A stretch of 64,000 bases of DNA from Podarcis filfolensis (taxonomy: Eukaryota), in assembly GCA_964270895.1 (NCBI GenBank), contig OZ185437.1; one strand, 5' to 3'. The stretch's first letter is position 1. Every line of letters begins with the position of its first letter. The notes beneath the pieces were generated by a model. The model saw only the letters and a program-made list of their open reading frames with translations. It was not told the origin of the DNA and did not search any database. A program made the translations under genes and the position numbers. Positions 1-13,500 of this stretch are shown piece after piece.

Positions 1-1949
1 TTTTATGTGTTGGAATCCAGCAGAATTCTTTGAGCTAATTTCCATAAAGTTTGTGGCCTGTATTATTGCTCCTGTTTGTCTAGAACTGGCGAACTATCTT
101 GGTCTGCAAGTGTTTCTCATATGTTCAGACTCTTTTGCAAAACGAGTGCCCATAGGTTGGGGCTGGCTGCCCCTGTAATATGCATGTTTATCTGCACGTC
201 TGCAATGTGGCTGTGTGCATGCCAATGCACATATGTTGGGGGGTCAGAGCCTGCAGCCCTCACTCTGCACACATATACTGAACACATGGAGGAGAGCCTT
301 CATGTGTGAACACAGCCTGTTTTGCTGGGGTTTGAAGCTTGCAGGGGAAGTGGGCAGTAACTCCTGTTGCAAGAAGCAGAAATTGTTATAGTAATTAGAA
401 CTAAGTCAGATGCTAGCAGTGAGGCAAACTTCTAAAGAAAGTAGTCTTTCCTCAGTGCATTGATTAAGGCTAATCAATGTTTTAAAATGGTATCAATTAG
501 ACAAAGCTCAGACCTAGCCTCGCTACATTATAGTAAAAAGCACTGGATATTGAAACTATCCTCAGATATGCTTTCTCTGTCCCAAAGGTCTGCATGTGCT
601 TTAGACCAGTCATGGCTAACACATGTCTCTGCAGCTGTTGTTGGACTCCAGTCCCAGCAGTCTGTCAGTATGGCCAATGGTCAAGGATAATGGGAGGTGT
701 AATCCAGAAACACCTGGAGAGCCACAGCCTAGCCACTCCGGCTGCACATGTGTCCGCATAACTATTCTCAATTCTCTGTTTGAGGCAAGGGATAGCTATA
801 TGGTTGTAAGGCATTCAGGCATACAACTGTCAAAGAAATAGGAGTCGCTCATCCCCATGCTCTTTGCCAAGTGTAGCCTGAAACATTATCCTATTCAGAA
901 TAGATAGACAAGAAAGAGAGTGTTTTAAGCTATGAGAAAGTAAATCTGAAGTAAATATGAAGAAGGTTGAAAGGCAAATTCTCCCAATTAAACAGCGACA
1001 TCTTACTAGAAGACTTTCAAGGAGAGTGTTCAGAGCATTTTTGCTTAATATGTTTTAGGTTATGAGTTCTCCCTACAGTGCACAGATTAGGGTGAAATGG
1101 TCTTCTGGAGTCACGGTTGTGTGATTCTAGCAAAGAATTTAGTAAATTTTGTTTTGAAGTCCTCTTTTTACACACACCTTGTTTGGATTGCATCATTTCC
1201 CTCCCCACTCCTCCTTGGCAATAATTATGGTTTATCATAATTGTTGCAGACATAAGCACAGTTACTGCTGATCATAGTTTGCACTCATTTTCTTCTCTGA
1301 TTTGATAGGAAACCAGGGTTAATGGTAACCATAGTTACACTGTTCAGATATCATGGTGAACCATATGATTGCTAACAAGAAATGGGAGAATGGAGAAAAG
1401 ACGTCTGGGAGCCACCAGGGCACTGCCAATTGCCAATCTAAAGGTTAGCAATAGCTGAGCACAATGTCTGAACCATGACACCATAGTTAACACATTCAAA
1501 CCTTTATGGAAAGTAAACTCCACATGGGTTAGCAAATGACATTTATCCCAGAAGCAAACAGAAAGAATATCCAGTACAACAGGACTGCGCTTTTCTGTAC
1601 TAAATAACAATAAACTGCATCATAGTAAAATACCTTTTCATTAGCATTGTTTTCATTCCTTTCATGTAATGCATAATGAAAGTGTTGCTATTCATAATAA
1701 CTCCTTAGGAAACTATTTGCTGCAATGAGCAAATTATTCAATGAATTCAGCTTCATTTTTAAGTTATCCATGCAAAGCTTTGCTACTATTTGTGAATTTG
1801 TTAGTAATTTAATATTGTTCAACAAATGCATACTGGAAATAGATTTGAGCATGTGAAACCTTTTTTTTTTTTTAAAGTCTCTAGTGGCCCTGGCTTTAAG
1901 TATCTATTATTTCCACCTTGTAATTAGTGGTCTATAGCTTAGTCCTAAG

Positions 1950-2087
1950 CAGGGCTTTTTTTTCCAGCCAGAACTCACTGGATCTCAGTTCTGGCACCTC
2001 TCAGGTGGGCGTCATTGCCATTCTAAGAGAACATGGGAAGCTTTCAAAGTGAGTTCCGGCACCTCTTTTTCTAGAAAAACAGCACTG
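1950..2087. mobile_element. Non-autonomous hAT MITE (138 bp)
   Basis: Imperfect TIRs CAGGGCTTTTTT / AAAAACAGCACTG. The 8-bp flanks gtcctaag (1942-1949) and atcctaag (2088-2095) match at 7/8, consistent with an hAT TSD. Confidence 0.75.
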
Positions 2088-2295
2088 ATCCTAAGATTAA
2101 CTGAGCTAGGAAAGACATTTGTAGGATAAGGAAGACCAGGTTGGTATGCTGTTATGAAGGGTAGTATTACACCAGTATAATATCATTATGCCAGTATTTC
2201 AAGCAAACATGTTAACATGCATAGCTAAGATAGTTGTGTATTCTCATAGTTTTGAGAATAACGTAAGAACTGTCAAGTACAGTCAGAGCACTGAT

Positions 2296-2477
2296 CATAG
2301 CTGTCAACTTTCAGATTTGAAAATAAGGGATCAGCAGCCTCGAAAATAAGGGATCAGCAGCCTCACCTATCCCAGGGACAGTCTACCGGATATCTAACAA
2401 CAATCCGGGATAGCAGTGGGAAACAGCGCTGGAATAAGGGAATTTCCCACAAAAAAAAGGGAAGGTTGACAGCTATG
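2296..2477. mobile_element. Non-autonomous hAT-like MITE (182 bp)
   Basis: Perfect 13-bp TIR CATAGCTGTCAAC / GTTGACAGCTATG, perfect 8-bp TSD gcactgat (2288-2295, 2478-2485), and an internal 23-bp tandem duplication (2319-2364). Confidence 0.85.
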
Positions 2478-4469
2478 GCACTGATCCCTCTAGTTCATCA
2501 TTCCATCATCCAGCAGGAATCAGTCACATGCCATAGGGAAGATTGCAACACAAACAAAGCATGATGGTGATGTTTGTTGCCAAGTCCCAAGCTGTCCATG
2601 AACAGTTTTTTCTTCTTCTTGCTTGGTTGGTTATTTTCACAATATCTATCCTAACTATGTATTATCATATTCTTTTAAAAGACCTTATATATTAGTGGCC
2701 ATTCCAATCTTCTATGACAATTAATTGCATTGGTTAATTATATGTACCAGCAGTGTGCACTGACTGCAATATTTGACTTGTATCTGCATGTGCAGCTTTG
2801 GGAGAGCAGTCCACTCTGTTTTGGACTTGTTCTGTCTTTCCAGTTTGACTCATTATCTGTGACTGAATTAGCTCTATTAAAAATGAAGCTGTATCCCCAC
2901 CCACCCCATCTAGTGTATATTTTGGAGGGTAGTTTTTCTGTCTGTCTGTTTCTTGAGATATCATCACCAAACTCAGCATGAGGTTTCCCAAGGTCAGATT
3001 GATAGTTTCCATCAACATTTGGATGCCAGACAAACTTTAGTGTGACTGTGCCCATTTTTTTTTATCTGTTTGGCCACCACCAAGATATTGCCAAGCTTGG
3101 CACTAAGGTTCCCAAGGTGGGAGGTCTTGTCAATGTTTGAACACTAGGCTCCATTTTGAATCAAGATGGTAGACCAAAACATGACTTTGGTGTAACTTCA
3201 CACAAATTTTAGCGTGACAGGTCCAAACTCATAAATTATACTATGCATTTAAAAATCATAAAAGGTTTTTGGTTTCTAAAAATTCCTAGGCAGTGCTGGG
3301 CACTTCCTACTATTTCAATTTAATAGGGACTCTAAAAAGGCTATCTCATTTCCCCGTTTTCACAGAAGTGGATGAATGTTGCAGGCAATTGTCCGCTACG
3401 AGTGGATTAATTCTGCAAATTTGTAGGCAGATCTATCTTCCACTCACACAGGCTGCTTTAATGCAGGTGGGAGAGACTGACAGTGAGAGAAAACTGGCCT
3501 TATGTCTGCTTTGCTGACATATAACTGGATTTCTCCCCCTCTCTTCCTTTTGGAAAATGCACAGGGAAATTATTTGGGAGAAGAATGAAATTGGGGTAAA
3601 TAAATCGAAGGGGAATTTGAGTGGTATCTATGGGAGAAATTCTTGCAGATGGCTTTAAAAGGGGATTATACAAATCCTTGGAGGATAAGGCTATCAACAT
3701 GTAACAACTTATGGCTATGTGCTACCTCCAGTTACTAGGAAACAACAGCAGTGGGAGATAACTATTGCCCTCTTCCCCTGCTTGTTAGCTTAGCTTCCAA
3801 GAGGCACTTGACTGACCCCTGTGGGAAACAGGATGTTGAACTAGATAATCTTTTGCTCTAATCCAAAAGGGCTCTTACGTTTTAAATCAGGAGCGGGAAT
3901 CCATTTGGTAGACCTCATCCTTAACTTTCTCACCCCATGCACACCAACTTTGACAGGTTGGTGTGCCATCCACCTGTCAATCGCCTGATGTCACAGTGAT
4001 GTCAGGTGACCTTCTTTGCATGGCAATGCACAGGAAAGCTCCAGTGATCAGCTGATCACCATAGTTGGCAAAACTTCAAGCACAACTCTATGCAAACCCT
4101 GCTGATCAACTAATTGTGAACACTTATAACCTACATGCAGAGCAGATACCTTAAGGAATTCTATCATTCTTTCTGAATGCACTGTAGTTTCAGTCTGGAT
4201 TATATTGATGTAGGGGGGTGGCAATATCATGTATAGCTGACATTGTGTTTCAACAGTGGACTTGTAAGTATACACAACAACTGTAGATAGATGACCAGAG
4301 TGTTTTCTATAGGCTGCAACTATTAACCCATCAGACTTCATCGCTTGACCTGCCAGGCTTTTCTCCTTGACCCAATCAGCCTTTGCTGATGGGAGATTTG
4401 AAGTGATTCAACTTTTGGCACCCAGTGTTTTGGAGATGCAAAATTTCAGCACCAAAATACACATTAAGG

Positions 4470-4607
4470 CAGCCTTTCTCAACCTGTGGGTCCCCAGATG
4501 TTGTTGAACTACAACTCCCATCACCCCTAGTTAGCAAGGCCAGAGCTCAGGGAGGATGGGAGTTGTAGTCCAACAACATCTGGGGACCCACAGGTTGAGA
4601 ACCACTA
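4470..4607. mobile_element. Palindromic hAT (Buster/Charlie-type) MITE (138 bp)
   Basis: 47-nt inverted arms (4476-4522 and 4555-4601, one mismatch) and a perfect 8-bp TSD cattaagg (4462-4469, 4608-4615). Confidence 0.88.
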
Positions 4608-5849
4608 CATTAAGGCAATATGCTTATTAGACCAACCAAAATGGTGCAGAAGAGTGTGCAATGTATAGGCTTTCATCTTCATCAGGCTGGATGGGTGATG
4701 CTGGAGGCATGGATCGAATCTGTATGGAGTCAGTTTTAAGATGGAATGTGGGATGAGGCAACAGACATTCCAAGGCAGCACACTGAAGTGCTCTGCTGGT
4801 TTCAGTTTGAACCTACGGCTGATGGGAGGAAAAAACATGCAATATTTGATCCCCCACTTTTGAAAATATAAAATCCAGTTTTTGTGTAGATGGGTAGGCT
4901 TTAAATGCCAAGGAGAAAATGTTCTAACAAGAGTAGCAGATTTTATTCGCTGTCTTGGGTCTGCAGTCCCATCAATAGTGTTGCTGATGTTTTTAATTTA
5001 GATAGATTAGGGAAGTAGCTAGGAAACACATTCAGTTGCTGTTCTCACAGTTAAGTAATTTTCTAGTTCATTTTTTAAAATTTTTAATTATAACAGCCAG
5101 TGGTCCATAAATTACAAGTGCCCTTGGATTGTTAAGGTTGGATTTAATTTTCTGGTTGAACATTTTGTTGAATATTCATTTTGATTGAATATTTGACTCC
5201 AAGAAAATAAGTAATCCTGGAAACTAATAGGAATAGTTTTAAAATTACGGTTGGTAAAGAGCAGCTCTAGAAAAACATGTTTTTAAAAGATAATGATCCA
5301 ATTGGCAAAGTTATATGTAAAAAGTAGACACAATTAACTCTTATTCGTAATACTATTTTCCCTTCTTTTGCAACATGGATAAATGTGTGTTGTTGCTATT
5401 TTAAATACTTCATTTCAGGTGGCAAAACCTGAAGGAGTACCAAGTAATATAGTGAATGCAACAACTTACAGATATATCTCTAAGATTTGTTGCCTGATTG
5501 GGTCTGTAAAATACAGTTGATGGGGACTGACAGTTTGTGGGCTGTATTTGGCTGGGTGAAGTTCACAGCTCAGCTGATTTCAGAGGAGATGAATGGGTGA
5601 TCCCTAAGATGGAGGGAGCAGTTGTGTGAAGCATGAACTCCCACCAAGTGTCCTATTGTCTTCCCAACCCAAAATCATGACCTTTGAAAAGAAGGAGAAA
5701 CTGGTGGCATTGTGGGCTCTCTAGCAACAGGAGAAACCTTCCTAGCAGCTCCTTAATTAGAAGCAGTGCTACTGAACTTCCACAGTTGTGTTAGTGCTTG
5801 CCAGTGAGCATGCAATTTATTGTCTTCCAAACTAAATCAGGAAAAATTC

Positions 5850-5977
5850 CTGGGGGTTTTTCAGCCAGAACTCACTGGAACCCAGTTCTGGCCCCTCTCA
5901 GCCATTGCCATTCTAAGATAACAAGGGAGAAAATCATGGTGAGCTCCTGCACCTCTTTTTCTAGAAAAATAGCACTG
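5850..5977. mobile_element. Second, more decayed copy of the 1950-2087 hAT MITE
   Basis: Shares cagccagaactcactgga, cattgccattctaaga and gcacctctttttctagaaaaa.agcactg with 1950-2087. No TSD is visible. Confidence 0.7.
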
Positions 5978-6349
5978 CTAATACTTTGGTATGAAAGGGG
6001 AGAAAGGCCTGACATGACATAATCTGCAGCAGGAGTCAATAACCCCTGGCCCCCTCTTCGACTCCACTCTCCATACGGCAATTAGTTTCTGTGGCATGTT
6101 CTGTGGCACGTTCTGCTGACATGAATTTAACTGATTATTACTTTATATCTAAACAGGACAAGTGCCACACAAATTATGTGCTAGTTTTTCACATATAATG
6201 TGTAAAAGATATATGAACCCCCAACATTCATGAAAGGATTGTGTGCCAAGATCTACAGGCAGTTTGTGGAGATTAGAGATGGCTGGGTGCATGAGGCAAG
6301 GCTGAGAGTTGAAGATCTTGAAGTCATAATAATAAAACAAACATATACC

Positions 6350-6628
6350 CATTTGGTGGCTTAGTAGGGGCATTTTCTGTGGTAGCCCCTAAGTTGTGGA
6401 ATTCCTTCCCCAAAGAGGTATGTCTGGCACCTTCATTGTATAGCAAAAGCTGAAGACACACCTTTGTGCCCTGGGTTTTGACACTTGATATGTGCCTTTT
6501 TAGAACTCACTTTATTTCTTTGATTGTAAACTGTTCTAAGCTGTTTTAAAACAATCTTTAATATTATATTTTAACCCTTGCCCTGGGATCTTAGGGTGAA
6601 GGCTGGGTAATTTTTATTAGTATTAGTA
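6350..6628 (+). mobile_element. L2 LINE 3' end, decayed
   Basis: Translates as GAFSVVAPKLWNSFPKEVCLAPSL, an L2 ORF2 C-terminal motif. It is followed by a T-rich 3' UTR and an (ATTAGT)-like tail. Confidence 0.7.
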
Positions 6629-9600
6629 CAGTGAATCAGAACTCCGACTTTCAGTCACTGCCATAAATCTCAAACCCTTACCAGTCTTAACATTTACCCT
6701 AGAGTAGCACTGCCAAAGTCAGTGGGATTGCTTTAGAATTATGTGTAGCAAATTGAGTAGCAATAGCAATTGTAGTCTCTGTGTTAGTCTGTATTTAAAT
6801 CTTCCTTTCTTCTCCATAGAAAAATATTCAGTCCTTTGCCAAGCTGTATTAATGTAATAGTTATGAGATAATATTTATCATTGGCGGTATGAATCTTTTG
6901 TACATCTATTTTAAACTCTCATTTTCTTTGTGAAATATGTATCTAATAAAATTACTTTCTAGTAAGATAAAATATCATAAATATGTGTACCACTGATGCA
7001 CTTACTATGTGGCATATTCTTTAGCTTTCATTACTCTTTGATTGATGAAACCTGCTTGGTATCTTAGCCTTTGTACTGAATTAATGTTGGCCCCCTCGGC
7101 ACAGATATCGGTAGCTAAAAAATAATAGCTGGGTAATATTATTCATTCTGGCTCACTGCAGTGCCATTTATTCCATCATTCCTACAAAGACCTAAGTTGC
7201 ACTTTGCTTGAATATCTGCAAATATACCTCTGGGGCAGTGTTTTCTGGAAAACCACCACTTATTTTTGAGAACTCCTCCCTCCATAGTCATACATTTTCT
7301 TAGGCAGCTGACGAGTCTAAAATTACTATCATCAGTGTATATATAAAGTAGCAGTGGGTATCTTTCTCAAATATTATAAATGTAACCAATTCAAACACAT
7401 ACAGTTTATGTTGCAAAAAACTTCAATTAAGACAGTAAATAGCAGGAGGATAAAGTTGTTTGGATCAGAAGAGCTTCAGTGTAGAATTGTGTCTTTGCAG
7501 TTCCTTTCAGGAAAACACATTCAAACAGACAATTTGGACCAATGGCGATATTCCGCAATGGGGTTTTCCTCCCTCTCTTTCACCTCAAGCACCCTCAAAA
7601 TTACCTCCAGGTGGGCAAAGCATGGCAAGTGGAAGAGACGAGAGTGGATTGTTCTGCATGACATGTTTGGAGTTTGGGGCTTTGGGAAAGTAAATCCAGT
7701 GTTCCCCCTCTCTCCCCCCACTACCTCCACCCCAAAGTATTGAAGGGAGGTGTCCTGGGCAATCTTCCAGAGCCTTGTGAACTAACTCTAGAACACAAGA
7801 GTGTAGCTTAGTTATGCAGTGTAAAAAACACACACAGGGAAGTTTATAGTGAATAAATGAATAAAATTGATAATGTTTCTTCAGTTAAAAAGGATTGTGA
7901 CAGCTGTGCTGGGCTGCAGTAGGAAGTCACAGCCATGTAAGTGCATGAGCATATTTATTAACAGTAACTGAGGCCCCACTTACCTGAAACAATATGGTTT
8001 GCACTGAGCTGTAGTTACTTCCACATTCTTAGTCTCCAACATTGTAGATTGCATAATTACCGGAGATAAATAGTTTTTCTGCCAAATTCCATAATTCAGC
8101 AGTGAAATTTAAGACTGCCTCACCAGATTCCATGATGAATTCTGGCTTGATCATCCAAGTGTGATCAAACATTTCCAGATGATACAACATCAATGCAAAA
8201 ATGGGTAGCAGGAGTTTTTGGTGAGCCCTGTGACCTTGTTTATCTGCTGTAACATAGCTGCCAGACTTATTTCTATTTATTCTGTTCAAAAAATAATAAT
8301 TTAAAGCTAGGTATAATCTAATATGACTTGCACCACTTGCATTTTTACATTTCTACATATGGAGCAGCTTTAGAAAAGGATTTTCTCCAGAAGCAACCAG
8401 AACATTTTCAAATATTAAAAGTCACCCTTTGGGTGTGCAAGTAAAGGGAGGAAAACGATCAATTTTCTTAGGAAAGCATTTTAAGAAATAAGCCTTTATC
8501 TATAACAGAACATCTTTTCTAATCTTACCAGAACAAATGTGCAGTTAGTTATGGATCTGTTGGCCTCTCTGAAATGTGAGTACATTTCAAAATTTCCTAC
8601 AGCTGTTGGTTTTATACTGGGGGGGGGGGGGGCAACTGAGTGGCACACCTAATAGCAGACCTTGAGTATTGCGTCACAGTAATCACTGGTGGATTTTCTG
8701 ATTGCAAATTGAAGGCTGCTTTACATTTACCTGATATCCAGAAGGGTTTTCTTCCTTTCTCGTTTAGCTCTGATTTGAAGCTTTAGGAAACAGCACAGCA
8801 TCTTGTTTTCAAATGTATAAAAAATGATTTCTTAGAATACAAAAACAGGATTTCAAAAAATGAAGTACAACAACCAATTAAATGTTACTTGGTTTCATTT
8901 TCAGGTTGGGGCATTGTTTTCCAAATACCCATGATACCTGAGAGAAGGAGGTAGAATTCTGTCACATTGTCCAGGAAATCCTTATCAAAACACAGCTTGG
9001 TTCTCTGGTGGCCTGGGGTGTAAGGCTTGATAAGTGAGTTCTATTTTGTAGCCTGAACACCGGTTCTTTGTTGCAGAGGGCATTTATTAAGGAAACAGAT
9101 GGAGAGACATCAGTTATCTTTTGTGCCTTCTGTTTTCTACAAAGGCCAGGAATCACAGTCAAAATAATTGAAGGCGTCATAGAATAAGTCAGGTATGTCA
9201 GGAGAGAGCAGCTTTACCTTCAAGTCTTGGTGTGGTTCCCAGCAAAGCAAAGCATTTTAATCTTTATGTTTGTGTTTGTGAAGGATGTTGAAGAAACTCA
9301 AAAGGATGAAAAGGTTTTTTGTTTCTTCGTTTTTCATTGATGAATATAGAAAGGCGAATGGGTCTTTAGAACCAACAGCCGTTGGTCAAAAAGCCCTTGT
9401 TGCATGCCTAAAGTACTTTATCTAGAATGTGTGCTCCCCCCCCCCCGCCGCATTAAAATTCCTTGTATACTTTAAGATATCACTTTAGAGGGTGCCAGAC
9501 TTTCAAGGGTGACATTTATGGGTGAATAAGGAAAGGAGCATCTGAATTGCCCTTGTGCACATCTGGACCCTATCCAATAAGTTTATATCACCTGAATAAT

Positions 9601-11809
9601 TTCTATAGTGCTCCTCCCCCTCCCCCATGTTTACTTACTGGTTGCATCAATTATTCTGGAACTTGAGCAACTATAATGTCCAAAGACCAAACATTTTTTG
9701 CCTTTAGTCCATAGTTAATTAGTGAAGGGAGTGGGGAAGAGATGACATGTCTCAACCATTTCTTGCCACTCTACATTCTAATGTCACAAGTGAAGGGGCA
9801 GGAGGACTGGCCATGTTTACTCATGGACAAGCAAGAGGGGGAGAAAAATGTTTAGGAGTTAATTTACTACTTCACATGTTTCAATTCTAGAATGAATTAG
9901 AATTTGTTCAGCTTCAGGATGTCATTTCACCCTCCATGATAATGAATAATTGAATTTGGCAGTTATTTTGGGATAATATTTTTAAGTGTAGATAATAGAG
10001 AACATTACTTCTTTATATGGGAGTACATACTATCTCCTTTGAGATGTTTAAATTGAATGGGGCAGCAGACTCTAGATTATTAATAGATTAATTCTTATTC
10101 TTTAGGGTGTTTCTTAATCCACCAAAAGGCCCTGCGAGAGGTTAGAGCATCTAAAACACAATACAATTGAAACAATGAAAAACAACTCCTCATACATAAC
10201 CCCAAAACAATAATTCCACACAACCTATTACAGGGAGGACACCAAAATCCATTCTACAAATTTCAAATGCAAGGATAAAATATGCATTCATAACAGCACG
10301 CAATGCTAAGCTGTTAAAGCCCTGTACATCCATTCTGGACTGGGCTACCATAGCAACACTTCACAGCTAAAGGATATATGGGTGAGGTATTCTCTGACAA
10401 TAATGTATTTGTGGTGTTTTCCAGAATTAGTATGACATTTCTATGGCAATTTTATCATTCCATACTTTGTGTCACATGTGCAGTATGGAATTTGAAGTGC
10501 CTCTATAAGCATATATAACTTAGTTCTAATAGTCCATTCTGCTTTGTTTTAATTTCAGCATGTACACCTCCCCCCCCACCCCCATTTCCTTAGGCCTAGT
10601 GTGTTCCCCAAATACAAAACCTCAGGAGTAAACAAACTGACAGTTTAAGGCTTGGAAGCAGGGAATCACAGATTGCTTGAAGGCTGCCTTAATTTCAGAT
10701 GTCCTTGCAACTTGGAAACAGTGTTGGCTGGTGTGGTGTTATAAAGGATCTGCAACCATGTGGAAATGTAGACTACAGAATAGTTAATATTCTCGCTCAG
10801 TTGCTATGCTGCAGCGTTCTTAACATAAAAGCTAACTGATGATGAGTTGATTTAGTACAGTATGATGAAGCTTTCTAAAATGCTGTCTGTGACTCTACTG
10901 TATCACACCCACTGCATATGCATCATTACCCTAAAGCAGCCTGCTCACCCACCAGTCTTTCACCCTGAAACTTAATAAGCAGTGGGTTCATTACTGACCA
11001 CTTTTAGAGGATGGCAGGTGGCCGATAAAGCACTCCATGGAATTTTCCATCTGGCTTTCCACGTTTGTTCCTATCCAGGATTTGCTAAAAGATACCCTTT
11101 CTCCTCAAACTGCACACTTCAAAATGCCAAAAATCATTTCTCTTCTGGTGCTCTAACTTCCATAATGCTTCATCAATCTGACATGACTTTGTGATGACAC
11201 ACATTTTTGATTTATTTTCTAGAGAGACATTGTATCCTAGGTATACACTCTTCATGGTGCCTTGGCATTTAGTGCTCGGCAGCTGAAAAGCCCTATTAAA
11301 ACAGAATAAATTCACACCAGGGGCATTTTAAAAACACACACAAAAATCATATTAATTTCAATGTTGTACAGGAAATTCAGCAATCAACCTTTGCCATAGT
11401 TAATGCTAACCAAGGTTCCCCATTTAACTGTACTCTGTGGTTCCTTAAAATATAAGAAAAGCAGCACACACCCCCACAATAGCCTAGTAATAAGGTTTGA
11501 AGGGCCTGCATAGCTTGATTCATCAATGTGTCACCAGAACTGGGAAATAAAACCATAAAAGGAGTCCACAAAATTGACTGTGATATCTAAAGGATTTCTG
11601 AAATGATCTTTAAATCATAATAGGAAACAGGAACTTTGATAGGAAATGGGAATGGTTAGCAGTAAGCATGATTAAAAATGGTGCTGATATTTCCAATAAC
11701 TCTGGGAGAGGGGGTGAAAGGAGCAGGGGAAGTTATCATGACAGGCTCTCAATCTTTTAACCATGGTGAAGGAGGAGGCATTGAACTGCTTTTTACTAGA
11801 CACTAAATA

Positions 11810-12130
11810 AAACTATGGTTTAGCACAAATGTGTGGTTGGTTTGGCTTAGCATGTCATCTAAATCCAGGCTCAGGGTTTGTAGAGCTGTGGCCAAGGGTT
11901 TTTGTTTGTTTGTTTGTTTTTGAGGTATACAAATTTATTATTTGGCTTCTCAAGACAAACCATGAGCCCAGGTACAGATGACATACTAAGCCAAACCATG
12001 GTTTAGCTCACTATAGCACAGCAGGAAGAGGACTAGGAGAGAAGCACAGCAGCTATGATATCCTCTAGAAAGTAACGCTCTCACTCACGCATTCATGCTG
12101 AGCTATGGTTTGGCTTAATGTTATGTGTGA
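11810..12130. repeat. Palindromic MITE-like repeat (AAACCATGGTTT / TTGGCTTAG motifs)
   Basis: 43-nt inverted arms at 11839-11881 and 11955-11997 (36/43 complementary). The tggtttggctta motif recurs near 12110. Confidence 0.6.
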
Positions 12131-12721
12131 AGCAGTTCAACATGTCTGCACTGACCCTGCGTGTGGTTTCACTCCTATGCTGCTTACATGTCAATAATTT
12201 GTGATGGCATGATATCTTAGACTTTCTGCAAACATGCAAAAAATGAGATTAATGCACTGAGAAAACTGTTTCCTGGAGTAGCCTGAATGACACTGACTTA
12301 GAAAATAATGCAGTACTTTCATAGGTGAATAAACTGGGTTTTATTTCACAGAAAGCCGTGCCAAAGCATCTTTTTTTTACAGATAAGTCTTAGAAATAGG
12401 TTTTTCCCCAGGCTCTACCACTCAGTTACTTGGGTGACCTGACTCAATTAACTTAATTGATTCTTGGTTAGATTGTCAATGGCAAACACACAGTGCTTCA
12501 GTGCCTAAAACCTATTAAAAATCAATAGGGATAACTAGACCTGCTAGGAAGCCGAACACTCTCAATCCGTGCATGAATCTGTATTCCACTTAATTTAAGA
12601 AGTGGACAAACAGCAAAGCCCTGAGTATTAGGGGGCAACCCTGAAATGGGCAAATCCAAGAATACTGCTGTAGTGCAAATGGTTTAATTACTGTTCATAT
12701 CCATTATAGCCTCAAACATTT

Positions 12722-13500
12722 TGTCAGTGTTGGGACATGAGCAGCCAGGAAGGTAAAGTTGTGGGAAGCTGCAGGGAGTGGGCTGAGGCACAGTGAAGTC
12801 CTATAAGCACAGGACAGCCACTTGGGGTTTAAATAAGCCACAGCTTTATTGATTACAGATGTCAGCAGATTTTGGCACAAGCATTGGGTGTGTATTCTGA
12901 ATCAACCATCTTGTCTGCTGGTAGATCATTTGGTAGGATTAACCAAGGTTCAGGATAGCCCTATGACGTACAAGAAATTGGAAGGCCATTGAGGGGGCCA
13001 TCAGCCCCTGTTTGGGTGTCTGGACAGCACCTCCCTGTGGATCCCTTTAATGAGATACCTTGATTCCTTGGACTGGAAGGGTGTCCTGACCCCTCCCCAC
13101 CATCCACCTAGATTAAGAATCTAACCCAATGCCTCCAGCGCCAACTGAGGCCAAGGGCTGTGCATGGCTGGCTTTTATGGCCAGGGAGAGGACCAGAAGG
13201 AAGACATTTCTCCTCTGGTCCACTCCCTAAACTGCACTATCAAGCTCGTCCACATTTGGCCGCAACCACAGGTGATCCTCAGGAGCCAGCGCAGCCAGCG
13301 GAAGAGCAAGTGACAACCTCCCCTGGCTGCGCTGAAGCTAGAAGATCACGCCACTGCTGCACCAGGCTGCAGCCTCCACTCTCTATTAACTGGCAGGCAA
13401 GCGGCCATTCTCAGCAGACAGAGATGAGATTAGAACCAAATGCAGTGGCAGGGCTGGACAGCAGGTAGAGAGAGACTAGGGCACTAGGCAGGGAAACAGG
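12722..13500 (-). mobile_element. Possible solo LTR / LTR-derived segment
   Basis: GC-rich block in an AT-rich intron. The minus strand has AATAAA (gctttattg near 12843) and a CATAAAA TATA-like motif near 13175. TGTCAGT...AGTGACA could be termini, but I found no convincing TSD. Confidence 0.3.

Noticed and set aside
4044-4059. Perfect 16-bp palindrome GTGATCAGCTGATCAC
   Set aside because: About one such palindrome is expected by chance in 64 kb (4^-8 per position).
7354-7743. 129-aa ORF
   Set aside because: Non-ATG start, no recognisable domain and no flanking splice signals.
8619-8632. Poly-G/poly-C runs (also near 9435, 18795, 19868) as G-quadruplex regulators
   Set aside because: These are isolated homopolymers typical of squamate introns and prone to sequencing error, with no supporting context.
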